Positions 40,471-52,053 are shown, numbered from the stretch's first letter. The stretch is 64,000 nt of DNA from the human T2T-CHM13v2.0 reference genome, Homo sapiens (GCA_009914755.4 CP068257.2:42752001-42816000); one strand, 5' to 3'. The notes: generated from the sequence alone by a model not told the origin. Numbers and translations: made by a program.

Positions 40471-42689
40471 TCTTGGCCCATTCACAACAGCAGCCTGTGT
40501 GAGCTTGTCTGACTCAAGTCATTCACACACTCAGATGCCCTTTCTGGTATAGGAGTGACTGTCCCCACGTCTGTCTGGGGCCAGCCCCCTCACTGTATTA
40601 GTTTTCTATGGCTGTTGTAACTAAGTACCACAAACTGGGGGGCTTAACAGAAATGGATTATCTCACAGTTCTGAGGGCCAGGAGTCTGAAATCAAGGACC
40701 ACACTCCCTCTGAGGGCTTGAGGGGAGACCTCTTCCTGCCTCTCCAGCTCCTGGTGTTCCTGGCAGCCCTTCGTGTTCCTTGGCTTGTGATCTCTGCCTC
40801 CCTAGCCACATGGCCTCTCCCTGCACGTGTCTGTGTCTCTTCTGTTCTTAGGATTATAAATCGTACTGGGTTTAGGGCCAACCCTATTCCAGTGTAGCTT
40901 CATCTTAACTAATTACACCTGCAGACACTATTTCTGAACAAGGCCAGATTCTGAGGTTCTGGGAAGGACATACATTTGTGGGCATTGTTCACCCCAGTGC
41001 ATCTTTGTGCTAGACCCATCTCCCATTGCCTTTCAAGGACCTCATCCCGGGAATGTCCTGCTCCTCCTGCACCCGGGTCCTCCTGCCCTCTTGCATTGCT
41101 CCTGCCAACATAAACTAAACAAGCCCCTGCCCGCAAGTCCCTTCCTCTTTCGAATCCACTCCACTTGGGCTTTGCTTGCCCCCTCTTTCTGAGATGGATT
41201 GAGGTCAGGTCAGCAAAGATTCTGCCTTGTTCAACCCATAGGCCAGCTCTCCACCCCTCAACCCACCTGCATTTCTGGAGCTGAGTGGATGAGTGAATGA
41301 ACGTGTGATTGCTGTAGCCAGACTGTCGCTGTTTTTGCGCTTTGGGGTTGTGTGCGTAGGTTTATGGACGGGCCTATGCCTTGATGTCGTGATGGAACTA
41401 CCGGGCACGTGGCAGGGAGATGAGGGGTTGAGAACCATATGGACGAGATCATGACCGGGGGATCAGAGATCAGGGCACAGTGAGAGCAGCTGAAGACTCA
41501 GGTGTGGGGTGGGGGCTGCGGTGGGAGGAGGGCAGCATGGTGGTCCGAAGCCCCTGCTGCCCGGCCCGCTCAGGCTGACTGAGAAGCAAGGGTGCAGAGT
41601 GTTTGTTTCCCTCCTGGCAGAAGCGAGCGTGCATGTGGTAGGAGCTGGCAGGCCCCTAACCTCCCTCCTGGCTCTGCCACTGGCCGACTAGGGATGGGGA
41701 CAGTGAGATGACAGCAGGGCCCTGGGGCCCAGAGCTTCCTGTGGGGGTGGACTCATGCCAGGCAGAGCGTGTGGCCTCCTCTGTGAGCTTCTTGACCAAT
41801 GCACTGCACTCAGCACGAACAGCAGTTACAGGGAGACGAGGCAGCCTTGCTCCCAGCAGCACGACCTCTGCCTTCCTCTCCTTCTGGAGCTCAGTGCAGC
41901 TCTGCCCAGTGCCGAATTTGTCCGTGGCCTTGGTTCTGGGTTCTGCCCGCTCAGTGGCGTGAGTGCAGGAAGGAGAATGGTGGCTGGCAAGGGCGGGGTG
42001 GACGGGAGTGAGAGACGGGCTTGGGGTTGAGGGGAGGCAGCAGTGACCCTCGCAGGGACCCTGACTGAGCCCCGGCCTTCGAGCTGAGGTCCCCAAGCCT
42101 TGCTGCATGTGTTGCCAGCTCTGTAGCTGGGTGGGGCCGGGGCTCTGGTTTCTGAGCAGCTTCTGGGGAGGCTGCCTGGGCCCCACCGTGCAAGGCCCCC
42201 CGGCCACAGAGGAGACCGCAGAGTGAGCTGGGAGGGCTGTCTGAGAGGCCTGGCCAGGTGGGCCCTACACACTGGGCATGTTCTGGTGCGGACTCTGATC
42301 GCTGTGGGCTCGGGCAGGTCTGCGCAGAGGTGTGACGAGAGCTGGGACCCCTGACAGCTGGGCGGGAACAGGGTGGCTGCTGAGGGGTAACAGAGAGGAG
42401 GGGCTGGGTGGAGGCAGGGAGGCCAGCTGGAGGCTGCCCCGCCAGGCAGGGTCAGGGACGGTAGCGCAGGCCTGGCTGGTGGCCGCCGGTGCTAGAGGTG
42501 GCCAGCTGTCCTGGGGCAGCCACGGTCAGCTGTCCTGGAGCAGCCACGCACTGCCGCGCAGACTCAGGAGGATGGAGTCTAGGCTGTGGGGAGAGGAGGC
42601 CATGAGGGGTGGGTCAGAGGCTGCAGCTCTGATGGGGTCTGGAGGTCAGAGTGGAATGGTGGAGGAACGATACCACTGTCCCCACTGTG

Positions 42690-42945
42690 GCATGGATGGT
42701 GGTGGGGACTGTGGTGGGGACGGTGGCGGGGACGCTGGCGGGGACTGTGGCAGAGACGCTGGCAGGGATGGTGACGGAGACTGTGGCGAGGACTGTGGCA
42801 GGGACGCTGGCAGGGATGGTGACGGGGACTGTGGCGGGGACACTGGTGTTGGGAACGCTGGTGGCGGGGATGGTGGCGGGGACGGTGGCAGGGATGCTGT
42901 CGGGGACTATGGCGGGGATGCTGCTGGGGACCTTCTGTAGACGTG
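42690..42945. repeat. G-rich 12-bp-unit minisatellite ('ggcggggac[g/t]gt' / 'ggcagggatggt'), about 20 copies
   Basis: Regular 12-bp periodicity. The proline/histidine-rich ORFs in all frames over it are artefacts. Confidence 0.9.
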
Positions 42946-43601
42946 GATGCCGCCCCCACCGCACGATAGCGGCAGTGCATTTCTTCCTTCTGTTTTAGTG
43001 GTACATTCACAGGAAATCGCCCGTTTCTAGAACTTGCTGTTTCATATAGGACCTGGTGGTGTCAGGGAGACCAGCCTGGCCCCATGGGAAGCGTCTGTGG
43101 CTCCTGCTGCCCGTGGTTAGCACACTCTGCTGGGGGTCTGTGTGGCCTATCATCTGTGGCCACACGGACGCAGGGCCTCTGGGTGTCTGGCCTGGTTCCC
43201 ACACTGCCCCTCGGAAGGCTGCCAGGATGGAGGCCATGCTCTCGCGTGCTGGGGCCTTTGGATGCAAAGTGCTGGCCCGAGCAGTCGGCCAGTTCCATGC
43301 TCCGTGGGGAGAAGGTGGCCACTTTAGCCCCTCGCTGGCCTGCAGTGGCCGGACTTCTGCTCCCAGGGAGACCCTTCCCCCACCAGGTGACCCCGAGTTA
43401 ACCCAGAGCCTTGGTCTCACTCCTTGGGGGTCCCAAAGGGATCCTACTCCCTAGGCCAGAGCAGGTCTCTAAAGAAGCCTGCATGCTGTCCCGCTGTGCG
43501 CCGGCTCCTGACGCCCGCTGTCCCCTCTCAGTCCCCCTCCCTGCCCTGTCCTGCTCCCCCATTGGTGGACGGTGGACTGACTCAACCCCTCTGCATCCCA
43601 G

Positions 43602-43688
43602 GAACCCCATGGGCCGCACAGGACTGCGTGGGCGCGGGAGCCTCAGCTGCTTCGGACCCAACCACACGCTGTACCCCATGGTCACGCG
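43602..43688 (+). CDS. TRPM2: TRPM2 exon 28 ([33 protein letters not shown]9-H)
   Basis: Acceptor 'ctgcatcccag' at 43591-43601 and donor 'gtgagt' at 43689. 87 nt. Confidence 0.9.
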
Positions 43689-43971
43689 GTGAGTTCATGT
43701 GTGCCGGGCACCAGCACCTCAGCAAGGCGGTCACCCCACCTTCACAAGGGGCGGCTGCCATTGCCCAGTGCTCAGGGGCCGGGAGGGCGGCTTTGATGCT
43801 TGGCACTTGGTGCCTACTGGGGGGATGCGGGAGGCGTCTGTGGATAAACGTGAATATGCCCGAAATGGGGCAGGAATGTCCATGCTGCCCATCCTGGAGG
43901 AAGATCCCAGGACCCATCCCCTCTCCCGGGGCTGCCTTCACTTTCCTGCCGGTCCCTGCCCATTAGAGGGC

Positions 43972-44610
43972 ACCCTCCACGGGGACACAGCCCCACACTC
44001 ACCCCTAAGTCTCACTCCTCCATTCCCATCCACGGGGACACAGCCCCACACTGACCCCTCAGACTCACTCTCCACACCCATCCACGGGGACACAGTCCCA
44101 CACTCACCCCTCAGACCCACTCTCCACACCCATCCACGGGGACAGAGCCCCACACTCACCCCTCAGACTCACTTTCCACACCCATCCACGGGGACACAGC
44201 CCCACACTCACCCCTCAGACTCACTCTCCACACCCATCCATGGGGACACAGCCCCACACTCACCCCTCAGACTCACTCTCCACACCCATCCACGGGGACA
44301 CAGCCCCACACTCACCCCTCAGACTCACTCTCCACTCCTATCCACGGGGACACAGCCCCACACTCTCTCCTCAGACTCACTCCTCCCCACCCATCCACAG
44401 GGACACAGCCCCACACTCACCCCTCAGACTCACTCTCTACTCCCATCCACAGGGACACAGCCCCACACTCACCCCCTCAGACCCTCTCCATACTCATCCA
44501 GAGGGACACAGCCCCACACTCAACCCCCACCACAGGCTCATTCCTCCACACCCATTCACACACAGGGACACAGCTCCACACTCACCCCCTCAGGCTCACT
44601 CCTCTGCACT
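43972..44610. repeat. Minisatellite of about 62-bp units ('ccacggggacacagccccacactcacccctcagactcactctccacacccat'), about 10 copies
   Basis: 62-bp periodicity in intron 28, starting 284 nt after exon 28. Confidence 0.92.
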
Positions 44611-44934
44611 CCAGCAGCTGGCCCACTGCTCTCACCCAAGGCACGGGCCGCCTTCTGTGCAGGTGCAGACGCCTGCGTCCCTGAGGAAGCTGCCGGGGGC
44701 TCTTGCTGCCCCCATTGGGCAGGAATGGGATTCTGGGGCCCAGGCCCAGCTGCTGTGCCCTGTGCTCTCTGGGGCCTCTGCCTCCACAGCTGGGACCTCC
44801 CCCCAGCGGAGGGGCCTTTGGCCTCAGGGTCCTCTTGCTGCCCAGCCACTCTCACCCAGTGGCTTCTCTGGCCGTGCAGACATGGCCCTGGGGTGCGAGT
44901 CACTCTCTGCTCCCCAGTCCTTTGGCCTCTCCTT

Positions 44935-45195
44935 GGCCTGCCCAGGTGGCACTCGGCACCCCACGTCACCCCCACGTCACCCCCGGGCTGCACTCTGCAC
45001 CCCATGTGACCCCCAGGTGGCACTTGGCACCCCACGTCACCCCCATGTCACCCCCATGTCAACCCTGGGCTGCACTCAGCACCCCATGTCACCCCCACAT
45101 CACCCCCAGGTGGCCCTCGGCACCCCACATCACCCCCAGGCTGCACTCAGCATCCCACGTCACCCCCGGGAGGCACTCAGCACCCCACATCACCT
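44935..45195. repeat. Minisatellite of about 33-bp units ('ggcactcggcaccccacgtcacccccaggt...'), about 8 copies
   Basis: Repeated 'caccccacgtcaccccc' blocks. Confidence 0.85.
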
Positions 45196-45532
45196 CACTG
45201 GATTCCCACTGGCATTTTCTAAGAGTGGTCAAACTGCAAAGCTGGGTCAAAGGGCAGGTACCTCTCTAAGGATTTTAATGTTTAAAAAATTCTCCATGAA
45301 GGCTGGGTCTCTTTCTAGTTCTACCAGCTATGATGGAAGTGAAGAAGGACGTCCCCTAAGTGGTTACTATCTCAGTCTTTTCCCTGGGGATGAAGAACTT
45401 GAAAAAGAACACGGTTTGAGCCTGCAGTGGGCCTGACACTGCCCCGCCCCAGGCAGGGCCAGCCCCGCCGCGGCGCAGGGGAGGGTGGAGGCCGCAGCGG
45501 GTCCTGGGCAGCCATGGCCGCTCTCTCCGCAG

Positions 45533-45638
45533 GTGGAGGCGGAACGAGGATGGAGCCATCTGCAGGAAGAGCATAAAGAAGATGCTGGAAGTGCTGGTGG
45601 TGAAGCTCCCTCTCTCCGAGCACTGGGCCCTGCCTGGG
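45533..45638 (+). CDS. TRPM2: TRPM2 exon 29 (WRRNEDGAICRKSIKKMLEVLVVKLPLSEHWALPG; NUDT9-H)
   Basis: Acceptor 'ctctctccgcag' at 45521-45532 and donor 'gtaagg' at 45639. 106 nt. Confidence 0.9.
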
Positions 45639-47537
45639 GTAAGGCTGCCGCGTGTGGGACCTCTGTCCACTGGGCTGTCTGTGGGTCACTCGTCCATTCA
45701 TCCATTCTGCCCACGGACTGGACACCAGCCCCCTGCAGCCCCCTGCAGCCCCTGGGCAGGGAGGGTTCGAGACCCCGCCTGTTTTGTCTGTAGAAGACAC
45801 TCCTCCTCCCTTTTCCTCATGTTGCAGTTAGGAAAACCCAGGATCAGAGGATCTTTTGGTGCATAAACACTAACGGGGCACCTACTGTGTCCCAGGCATG
45901 GGCTGGGCTGCGGCTGGAGGCCACCTGGGCTCCCCTTGTGGAGTTCAGGGTGTTGGGGGCAGAGGTAGCTCTTCTCCCGTGTCTCAGACACCAACCAGCT
46001 CCTGACCTTCAGGGCCAGGTGCTGAGCCATAAATATAGGACGGTGTCATCCAGGGGTAGGGGCAGGTACAGGAGTAGGGGCAGGGGCAGCGACAGGGGTA
46101 GGTAGGGCCCAGGGTTGTGCACAGGCCCCTCAGCTCAGGGGCTGGTTGTGGGGCTGAGGCTGGAGCGCACCCCAGCATCTTGTGGGGAGGGGTGCACACA
46201 ATCAGGACAGATGGCCTGGGCCTTTCCTGTTCAAGTGCCTCCAACAGCTCCTGTTTCCTCCCAGGCCAGCCTGGCCTCCGCAGCCCTCCAGCCCGCTCAC
46301 TGCAGGGGATGGAAGAGGCTGGTCCTGCCAGGAGGTCTGAGTCCTGCCAGGCCTGGCCGTGGCGCATGGCCTCTGGGGTACAGCCTGCCCCGCAGGGCCT
46401 CTCCTCTGCACCTGATCCGGGGAGTCTGTGACTTACAACAACTCAGCAAGAAGCTGTTGCATTTCTCTGACCCCGAGCTCACGGCCTGGTGGCTGCCTCT
46501 GCTGCTGTGGGAGTGTGTGTGCCACCACGGTGTGCAGGGCAGCAGTGCCACAAGGGCCTCTGGGCAGGAACGGGGACTCCGGAGCCCAGGCCCAGCTGCT
46601 GGGTCCCAGTGCTTTGGGGGCCTGTCTCCACAGCTGGAACCACCCCCGCAGCAGAGGGGGCCTTTGGCCTTGGGGTCCCCTTGCTGCCCTGCTGCGCTCA
46701 CCCAGTAGCTTCTCTGCCTGTGCACACCTGGCCCTGGAACACGAGTCACCCTCCGCTCTCTGGCACTTTGGCCTCTCCATGCGGGGTGCGTGGAGTTGGG
46801 TTTGGGGGTCCCACTCACTGGCATCCCTGTCAGCTCAGGCTGGTCACTGAGAGGGGCACTCTGAGGGGCCTCCTGGGTTCCTGGCTCTGTAGGGCACGCA
46901 CGCTTGAGGGTGGGAGTGTCATGGGGCTGAGGTGGGACCGTCTTGACGTGGCCTGCAAAGTCTTCATGAGAAACCCACGGGTGTTTCAGTGGGACTTTGA
47001 ATGACAAATAGGGTGGGAAAGATGGGTGTGGGGAGGAGGAGGTGCAGGCCGGAGCTGGGTCCCTGAGTCAGGTGGCGCTCGGGAGCGTCTGGGAGCCCAG
47101 CCAGCCGCAGCACAGGCCGGGGTGGGACTGGGAGAGACGGGAATGCAAACAGGGAACCCGCCGTGGCAGCCTGCTGCACTGGGCGGGAGCTGGGAGGGGC
47201 GACGCGGGGGCAGGCGCCAGGGGAGCGGGAAGGGGGTGCCCTGTCACCCTTGGGGAGTCTGAGCTCAGGGTGGGTACCCTGGGGGCTGTCCCTGCTCCTC
47301 AGAGGTTGTGTCTGCAGCCCAGTGCCCCCTGCTCGGGCCACGGCAGGCCTCACAGATGCTGACGTGGACGGCGGGTTCTGGGCAATGTCACTGCAGCCTG
47401 AGATGCCGCCTGCCTGTGGCTCCCAGGGCTGGGCCGCTGCCCACGCCGGGCAGGAGGCCAGTGGAGACGGGTGCCAGGGCAGCCTGAGGTCCCGCTTCGG
47501 TGCCCTGTTGACCTGCCTCCGTCCTCTGTCTGTCCAG

Positions 47538-47639
47538 GGCTCCCGGGAGCCAGGGGAGATGCTACCTCGGAAGCTGAAGCGGATCCTCCGGCAGGAGCAC
47601 TGGCCGTCTTTTGAAAACTTGCTGAAGTGCGGCATGGAG
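47538..47639 (+). CDS. TRPM2: TRPM2 exon 30 (GSREPGEMLPRKLKRILRQEHWPSFENLLKCGME; Nudix box of NUDT9-H)
   Basis: Acceptor 'ctctgtctgtccag' at 47524-47537 and donor 'gtattc' at 47640. 102 nt, phase 0/0. Carries the Nudix motif with RIL-RQE. Confidence 0.9.
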
Positions 47640-48184
47640 GTATTCCTGGCCTGTTTGCTCTGTTCCACCTGTGTGTCCCCAGGGCTGCAGGACAAACACA
47701 GTGTGATACTGGGGACCTGCCCCAGCACCACTGGGTGGCAGCGGTCCCACCCAGCTTCACCAGGTGACGGTGGTCCCAGCCCCTGCCCCCACGTTGCACA
47801 GCTCCCAGAGGACCCGGAAGCATAGCTGTGTGCAGGGCCCCTCAGACATCTCGCCCTCCCTCTCTGTTCCATTTTCTCCTCTCTAAATCAAGGGGGATGG
47901 GCTGAGGACCCTTGCTGCCTTCGAGTGTGACAGCTGCTTGGAGGCCTGGTGCCGCCCTCCTCCCCACATCCACCCTTGCCTCGAGCACAGCTGCGCCCAA
48001 GGGTGCTGGGAAGCCAGCCCCTCCCTCAGACCTCGCCCCGACTCCCAAGCTCTGGAGGGGCCCTTCCCACATGCATGCCCAGCCTGGGGACCGACTGTAC
48101 CAGGACTTTTTATTTACTTCTTTAGAAACCTCGATCTTTCCTTAGAAAGCCTCCATCTCCAGCTCTCTCACACAAATGCATGCA

Positions 48185-48492
48185 CACTTTTTTTTTAATT
48201 TTTATTTTTGGAAACAAGGTCTTATTCTGTCACCCAGGCTAGAGTGCAGTGGTGCGATCTTGGCTTGCTGCAGCCTCCACCTCCCGGGCTCAAGCAATGC
48301 TCTTGCCTTGGCCTCCCAGGCAGCAGGGGCTGCAGCGGTGAGACACCACACCCGTCTAATATTTTGTATTTTTAGTAGAGACAGGGTTTGGCCATGTTGC
48401 CCAGGCTGGTCATGAACTGGGCTCAAGCGATCTGCCCACCTCAGCCTCCCAAAGTGCTGGGATTACAGGTGTGAGCCACTGCGCCCAGCCCT
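48185..48492 (-). mobile_element. Alu SINE (antisense); left member of an inverted Alu pair in intron 30
   Basis: 'ggaaacaaggtcttattctgtcacccaggctagagtgcagtggtgcgatcttggc ... gtgtgagccactgcgcccagcc'. Confidence 0.9.
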
Positions 48493-48526
48493 TTATGGAC
48501 GCTCTTTATAAAAGCAGGCTACACGG

Positions 48527-48812
48527 GCCGGGTGCGCTGGCTCACACCTGTAATCCCAACACTTTGGGAGGCTGAGGTGGGTAGATCACTTGAGGTCAGG
48601 AGTTCGAGACCAGCCTGGCCAACATGGTGAAACCCCGTCTCTACTAAAAATACAAAAATTAGCCAGGCCTGATGGCGCACACCTGTAATCTCAGCTACTT
48701 GGGAGGCTGAAGCAGAAGAATTGCTTGAACCAGGCGGCGGAGGTTGCAGTGAGCCGAGGTTGCACCACTGCGCTCAAAAAAAAAAAAAAAAAAAAAAAAA
48801 GTGATCAATGCC
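48527..48812 (+). mobile_element. Alu SINE (sense) with a 27-nt poly-A; right member of the inverted Alu pair (34-bp spacer)
   Basis: 'ggccgggtgcgctggctcacacctgtaatcccaacactttgggaggctgaggtgggtagatcac...'. Confidence 0.92.
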
Positions 48813-49259
48813 ATGGTGTGGAGCACTTCACAACATTGTGCAGCCACCACCTCTATCCGGTTCCAGAACGTTCCATCACCCCAGTCACCCCCAGCTCCTC
48901 CCCAGCACTCCCGCATCTGCTTCCCATCTCCTTGGATTTGCCGGTTCTGGGTGTCTGTTATGAGTGGACTCCTACAACAGGTGGCCTTTGAAACTGTCTT
49001 CCTTCACTGAGCAGACGTTTCCAAGGCGTTTCCAAGATCTCTGCAGGGCAAGGACGTGTCTGTCCAGGATGAAGCCCGCATTGGGCTGCTCCGCCTTGCA
49101 GGCCCAGGCAGGCTGGCGGGGGCTGGGGAGAGCTGGGCCGGGGTCCTGTGTGTGCTGGAAGCTGTGCTCAGAGCTGGGTCAGGGTGGAGGGCACGAGGTG
49201 GGCCGGGGCACCGCTCAGGTGTCCCTCGCTGTCGGGCTTACCCTGCCCTGCCCATCCAG

Positions 49260-49376
49260 GTGTACAAAGGCTACATGGATGACCCGAGGAACACGGACAA
49301 TGCCTGGATCGAGACGGTGGCCGTCAGCGTCCACTTCCAGGACCAGAATGACGTGGAGCTGAACAGGCTGAACTCT
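49260..49376 (+). CDS. TRPM2: TRPM2 exon 31 (VYKGYMDDPRNTDNAWIETVAVSVHFQDQNDVELNRLNS; NUDT9-H)
   Basis: Acceptor 'ccctgcccatccag' at 49246-49259 and donor 'gtatgt' at 49377. 117 nt. Confidence 0.9.
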
Positions 49377-49556
49377 GTATGTGCCTGGCCTCCCTGGAGG
49401 CGGGAGTGGGGAGGCAGGGACGGGTATGGGCGTGGCCTCCGGGGAGGGGGTTGGCAGGGATGGGGGTCTGGATTCTGGCAGGCTGAACTCTGTATGGGCG
49501 TGGCCTCCGGGGAGAGGGAAGGCGGGGACCGGGGTCTGGATTCTGGACGTGCCTCG
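49365..49556 (+). repeat. Local 115-bp tandem duplication (second copy internally deleted to about 77 bp) that duplicates the exon-31 end and donor 'caggctgaactctGTATG'
   Basis: 'caggctgaactctgtatg' at 49365-49382 and 49480-49497. 'ggcgtggcctccggggag' and 'gggtctggattctgg' also recur. Confidence 0.85.
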
Positions 49557-50162
49557 AGGGCTTCCAAGGGAGGGACCTGGCCGTGCTCCTGGGGCCCAGG
49601 GCCAGAAACTGGAGGCTACAGGGTCAGAGTCTTGCCCAGAAAGTGACAAAGGGGGCACCAGGGAGAGGCCGGGGAGCCACCTCAGGTGGCCAGAGCTCAC
49701 AGGGCTGGCCAGGCGACCATAGGGCCCTGTGTAGTTCTGGGACCTGGGTCCTCCAGGGAGGCCTCGAAGATGGCATCCAGGGGTGAGGCTGGCAAGGCCC
49801 CCTCAGCCCCCGGCTGCCGGCTTTTAGCTCTTTATGGGGATGTGGATTCCCAGTACTTGGATTAATCCTGCATGCTCCTAATTCAGAACTGGGATGGGAA
49901 ATTCCATAAATAACCCCGGGCTTTAAATGCGGGCTAAATAGCTCCCGGCAAAGCTGCACCTGCATCTTCTTCCCCTGAAGGATCCTCAGGGCCTTGTGGG
50001 TGCATCTCTGGTGCACCTGACGCAGGGGTCCTGCCTCCCATTTCACAGAGGAGTAAAGGGAGGGTGTGCAGGCCCCAAGCCCTCGAAGGCTGCAGTCCGT
50101 AGGGCTCAGCTGGGCAGAGGCAGGGCTGGCGGGGAGGGTCAGCTGTGCCCTTGTTCTTCCAG

Positions 50163-50288
50163 AACCTGCACGCCTGCGACTCGGGGGCCTCCATCCGATG
50201 GCAGGTGGTGGACAGGCGCATCCCACTCTATGCGAACCACAAGACCCTCCTCCAGAAGGCAGCCGCTGAGTTCGGGGCTCACTACTGA
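50163..50288 (+). CDS. TRPM2: TRPM2 terminal coding exon 32 (NLHACDSGASIRWQVVDRRIPLYANHKTLLQKAAAEFGAHY, then TGA stop at 50286-50288)
   Basis: Acceptor 'cttgttcttccag' at 50150-50162. In-frame TGA stop. Matches the TRPM2 C-terminus. Confidence 0.92.
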   Translation, partial: NLHACDSGASIRWQVVDRRIPLYANHKTLLQKAAAEFGAHY

Positions 50289-51170
50289 CTGTGCCCTCAG
50301 GCTGGGCGGCTCCAGTCCATAGACGTTCCCCCCAGAAACCAGGGCTTCTCTCTCCTGAGCCTGGCCAGGACTCAGGCTGTTCCTGGGCCCTGCACATGAT
50401 GGGGTTTGGTGGACCCAGTGCCCCTCACGGCTGCCGCAAGTCTGCTGCAGATGACCTCATGAACTGGAAGGGGTCAAGGTGACCCGGGAGGAGAGCTCAA
50501 GACAGGGCACAGGCTACTCAGAGCTGAGGGGCCCCTGGGACCCTTGGCCATCAGGCGAGGGGCTGGGCCTGTGCAGCTGGGCCCTTGGCCAGAGTCCACT
50601 CCCTTCCTGGCTGTGTCACCCCGAGCAGCTCATCCACCATGGAGGTCATTGGCCTGAGGCAAGTTCCCCGGAGAGTCGGGGTCCCCTGTGGCCCCCTCAG
50701 GCCTATGTCTGTGAGGAAGGGGCCCTGCCACTCTCCCCAAGAGGGCCTCCATGTTTCGAGGTGCCTCAACATGGAGCCTTGCCTGGCCTGGGCTAGGGGC
50801 ACTGTCTGAACTCCTGACTGTCAGGATAAACTCCGTGGGGGTACAGGAGCCCAGACAAAGCCCAGGCCTGTCAAGAGACGCAGAGGGCCCCTGCCAGGGT
50901 TGGCCCCAGGGACCCTGGGACGAGGCTGCAGAAGCTCTCCCTCCCTACTCCCTGGGAGCCACGTGCTGGCCATGTGGCCAGGGACGGCATGAGCAGGAGG
51001 CGGGGACGTGGGGGCCTTCTGGTTTGGTGTCAACAGCTCACAGGAGCGTGAACCATGAGGGCCCTCAGGAGGGGAACGTGGTAAAACCCAAGACATTAAA
51101 TCTGCCATCTCAGGCCTGGCTGGCTCTTCTGTGCTTTCCACAAATAAAGTTCCTGACACGTCCAGGGCCA
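50289..51170 (+). other. TRPM2: TRPM2 3' UTR (about 0.88 kb), from the stop codon to the cleavage region after the AATAAA
   Basis: Contiguous with the terminal exon. Ends about 15-20 nt after the AATAAA at 51143-51148. Length fits the known roughly 0.9-kb TRPM2 3'UTR (from memory). Confidence 0.7.
51143..51148 (+). terminator. TRPM2: Canonical polyadenylation signal AATAAA ('ccacaAATAAAgttcctgacacgtcca') with a downstream CA cleavage candidate
   Basis: Exact AATAAA hexamer about 855 nt after the stop. No Alu overlap, and a GT/T-rich stretch follows. Confidence 0.7.
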
Positions 51171-51833
51171 GGGGCTGTGTGACGGCTGCCTGAAGTTCTC
51201 CTCGATCCCCCGGTGAGCTTCCTGCAGCCTGTGGATGTCCTGCAGCCCCTCAGCCCTACCCCCAAGTTTCTCCTCTGACCCATCAGCTCCCTGTCTTCAT
51301 TTTCCTAAACCTGGGCTCCAGCATCGTCCCCAAGCCCACCAGGCCAGGATGCAGGCATCCACATGCCCTCCTCCTTGGCTTCCCCTGCGTGGTGGTGCCA
51401 ATGTGCCCTGGCACCCCTGCAGAGGCTCCGGATGGAGCCTGGGGCTGCCTGGCCACTGAGCACTGGCCGAGGTGATGCCCACCCTTCCCTGGACAGGCCT
51501 CTGTCTTCCACCTGACCCAAAGCTCTCTAGCCACCCCCTTGTCCCCAGGTATCCCCCTCACCCCATCAGCGTCACCAAGGACACAACTGACCCCTTATGC
51601 CCTGCTTAGAATCAGTCCCGTCACCAACTTTTGTGACGGAGTCACCTTGGGGTTTGATAAAAATGTAGATCTTCAGGCCCCTCTTGAAGCTCAGAGGCAG
51701 CAGGGCTGGGAGGTCCTGGAAGCTGCATCTGTGGTCAGCATCCGCCACTCCCAAGGGGCTCGCAGGTGGCGGGTTTGAACCACAAAGCAGCCTGGATGTG
51801 GCCCACCCCACCCCTCTCCAGCTCCCTCTCCTG

Positions 51834-52053
51834 CTGCAATGCAGCCTCCACGTGCAATGCAGCCTCCACGTGCAATGCAGCCTCCACGTGCAATGCAGCC
51901 TCCATGTGCAATCCAGCCTCCAGGTGCAATGCAGCCTCCACGTGCAATCCAGCCTCCAGGTGCAATGCAGCCTCCACGTGCAATGCAGCCTCCACGTGCA
52001 ATCCAGCCTCCATGTGCAATGCAGCCTCCACGTGCAATCCAGCCTCCAGGTGC
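51834..52053. repeat. 18-bp-unit minisatellite ('tgcaatgcagcctccacg' / '...atccagcctccagg'), about 12 copies, about 0.7 kb past the TRPM2 poly(A) site
   Basis: Strict 18-bp periodicity (the ORF-track peptides 'CSLHVQ' repeat every 6 aa). Confidence 0.92.

Noticed and set aside
43699-45436. 436-aa and 398-aa Pro/His/Thr-rich ORFs
   Set aside because: They overlap the 62-bp and roughly 33-bp minisatellites in intron 28. Repeat-driven composition, outside the TRPM2 frame.
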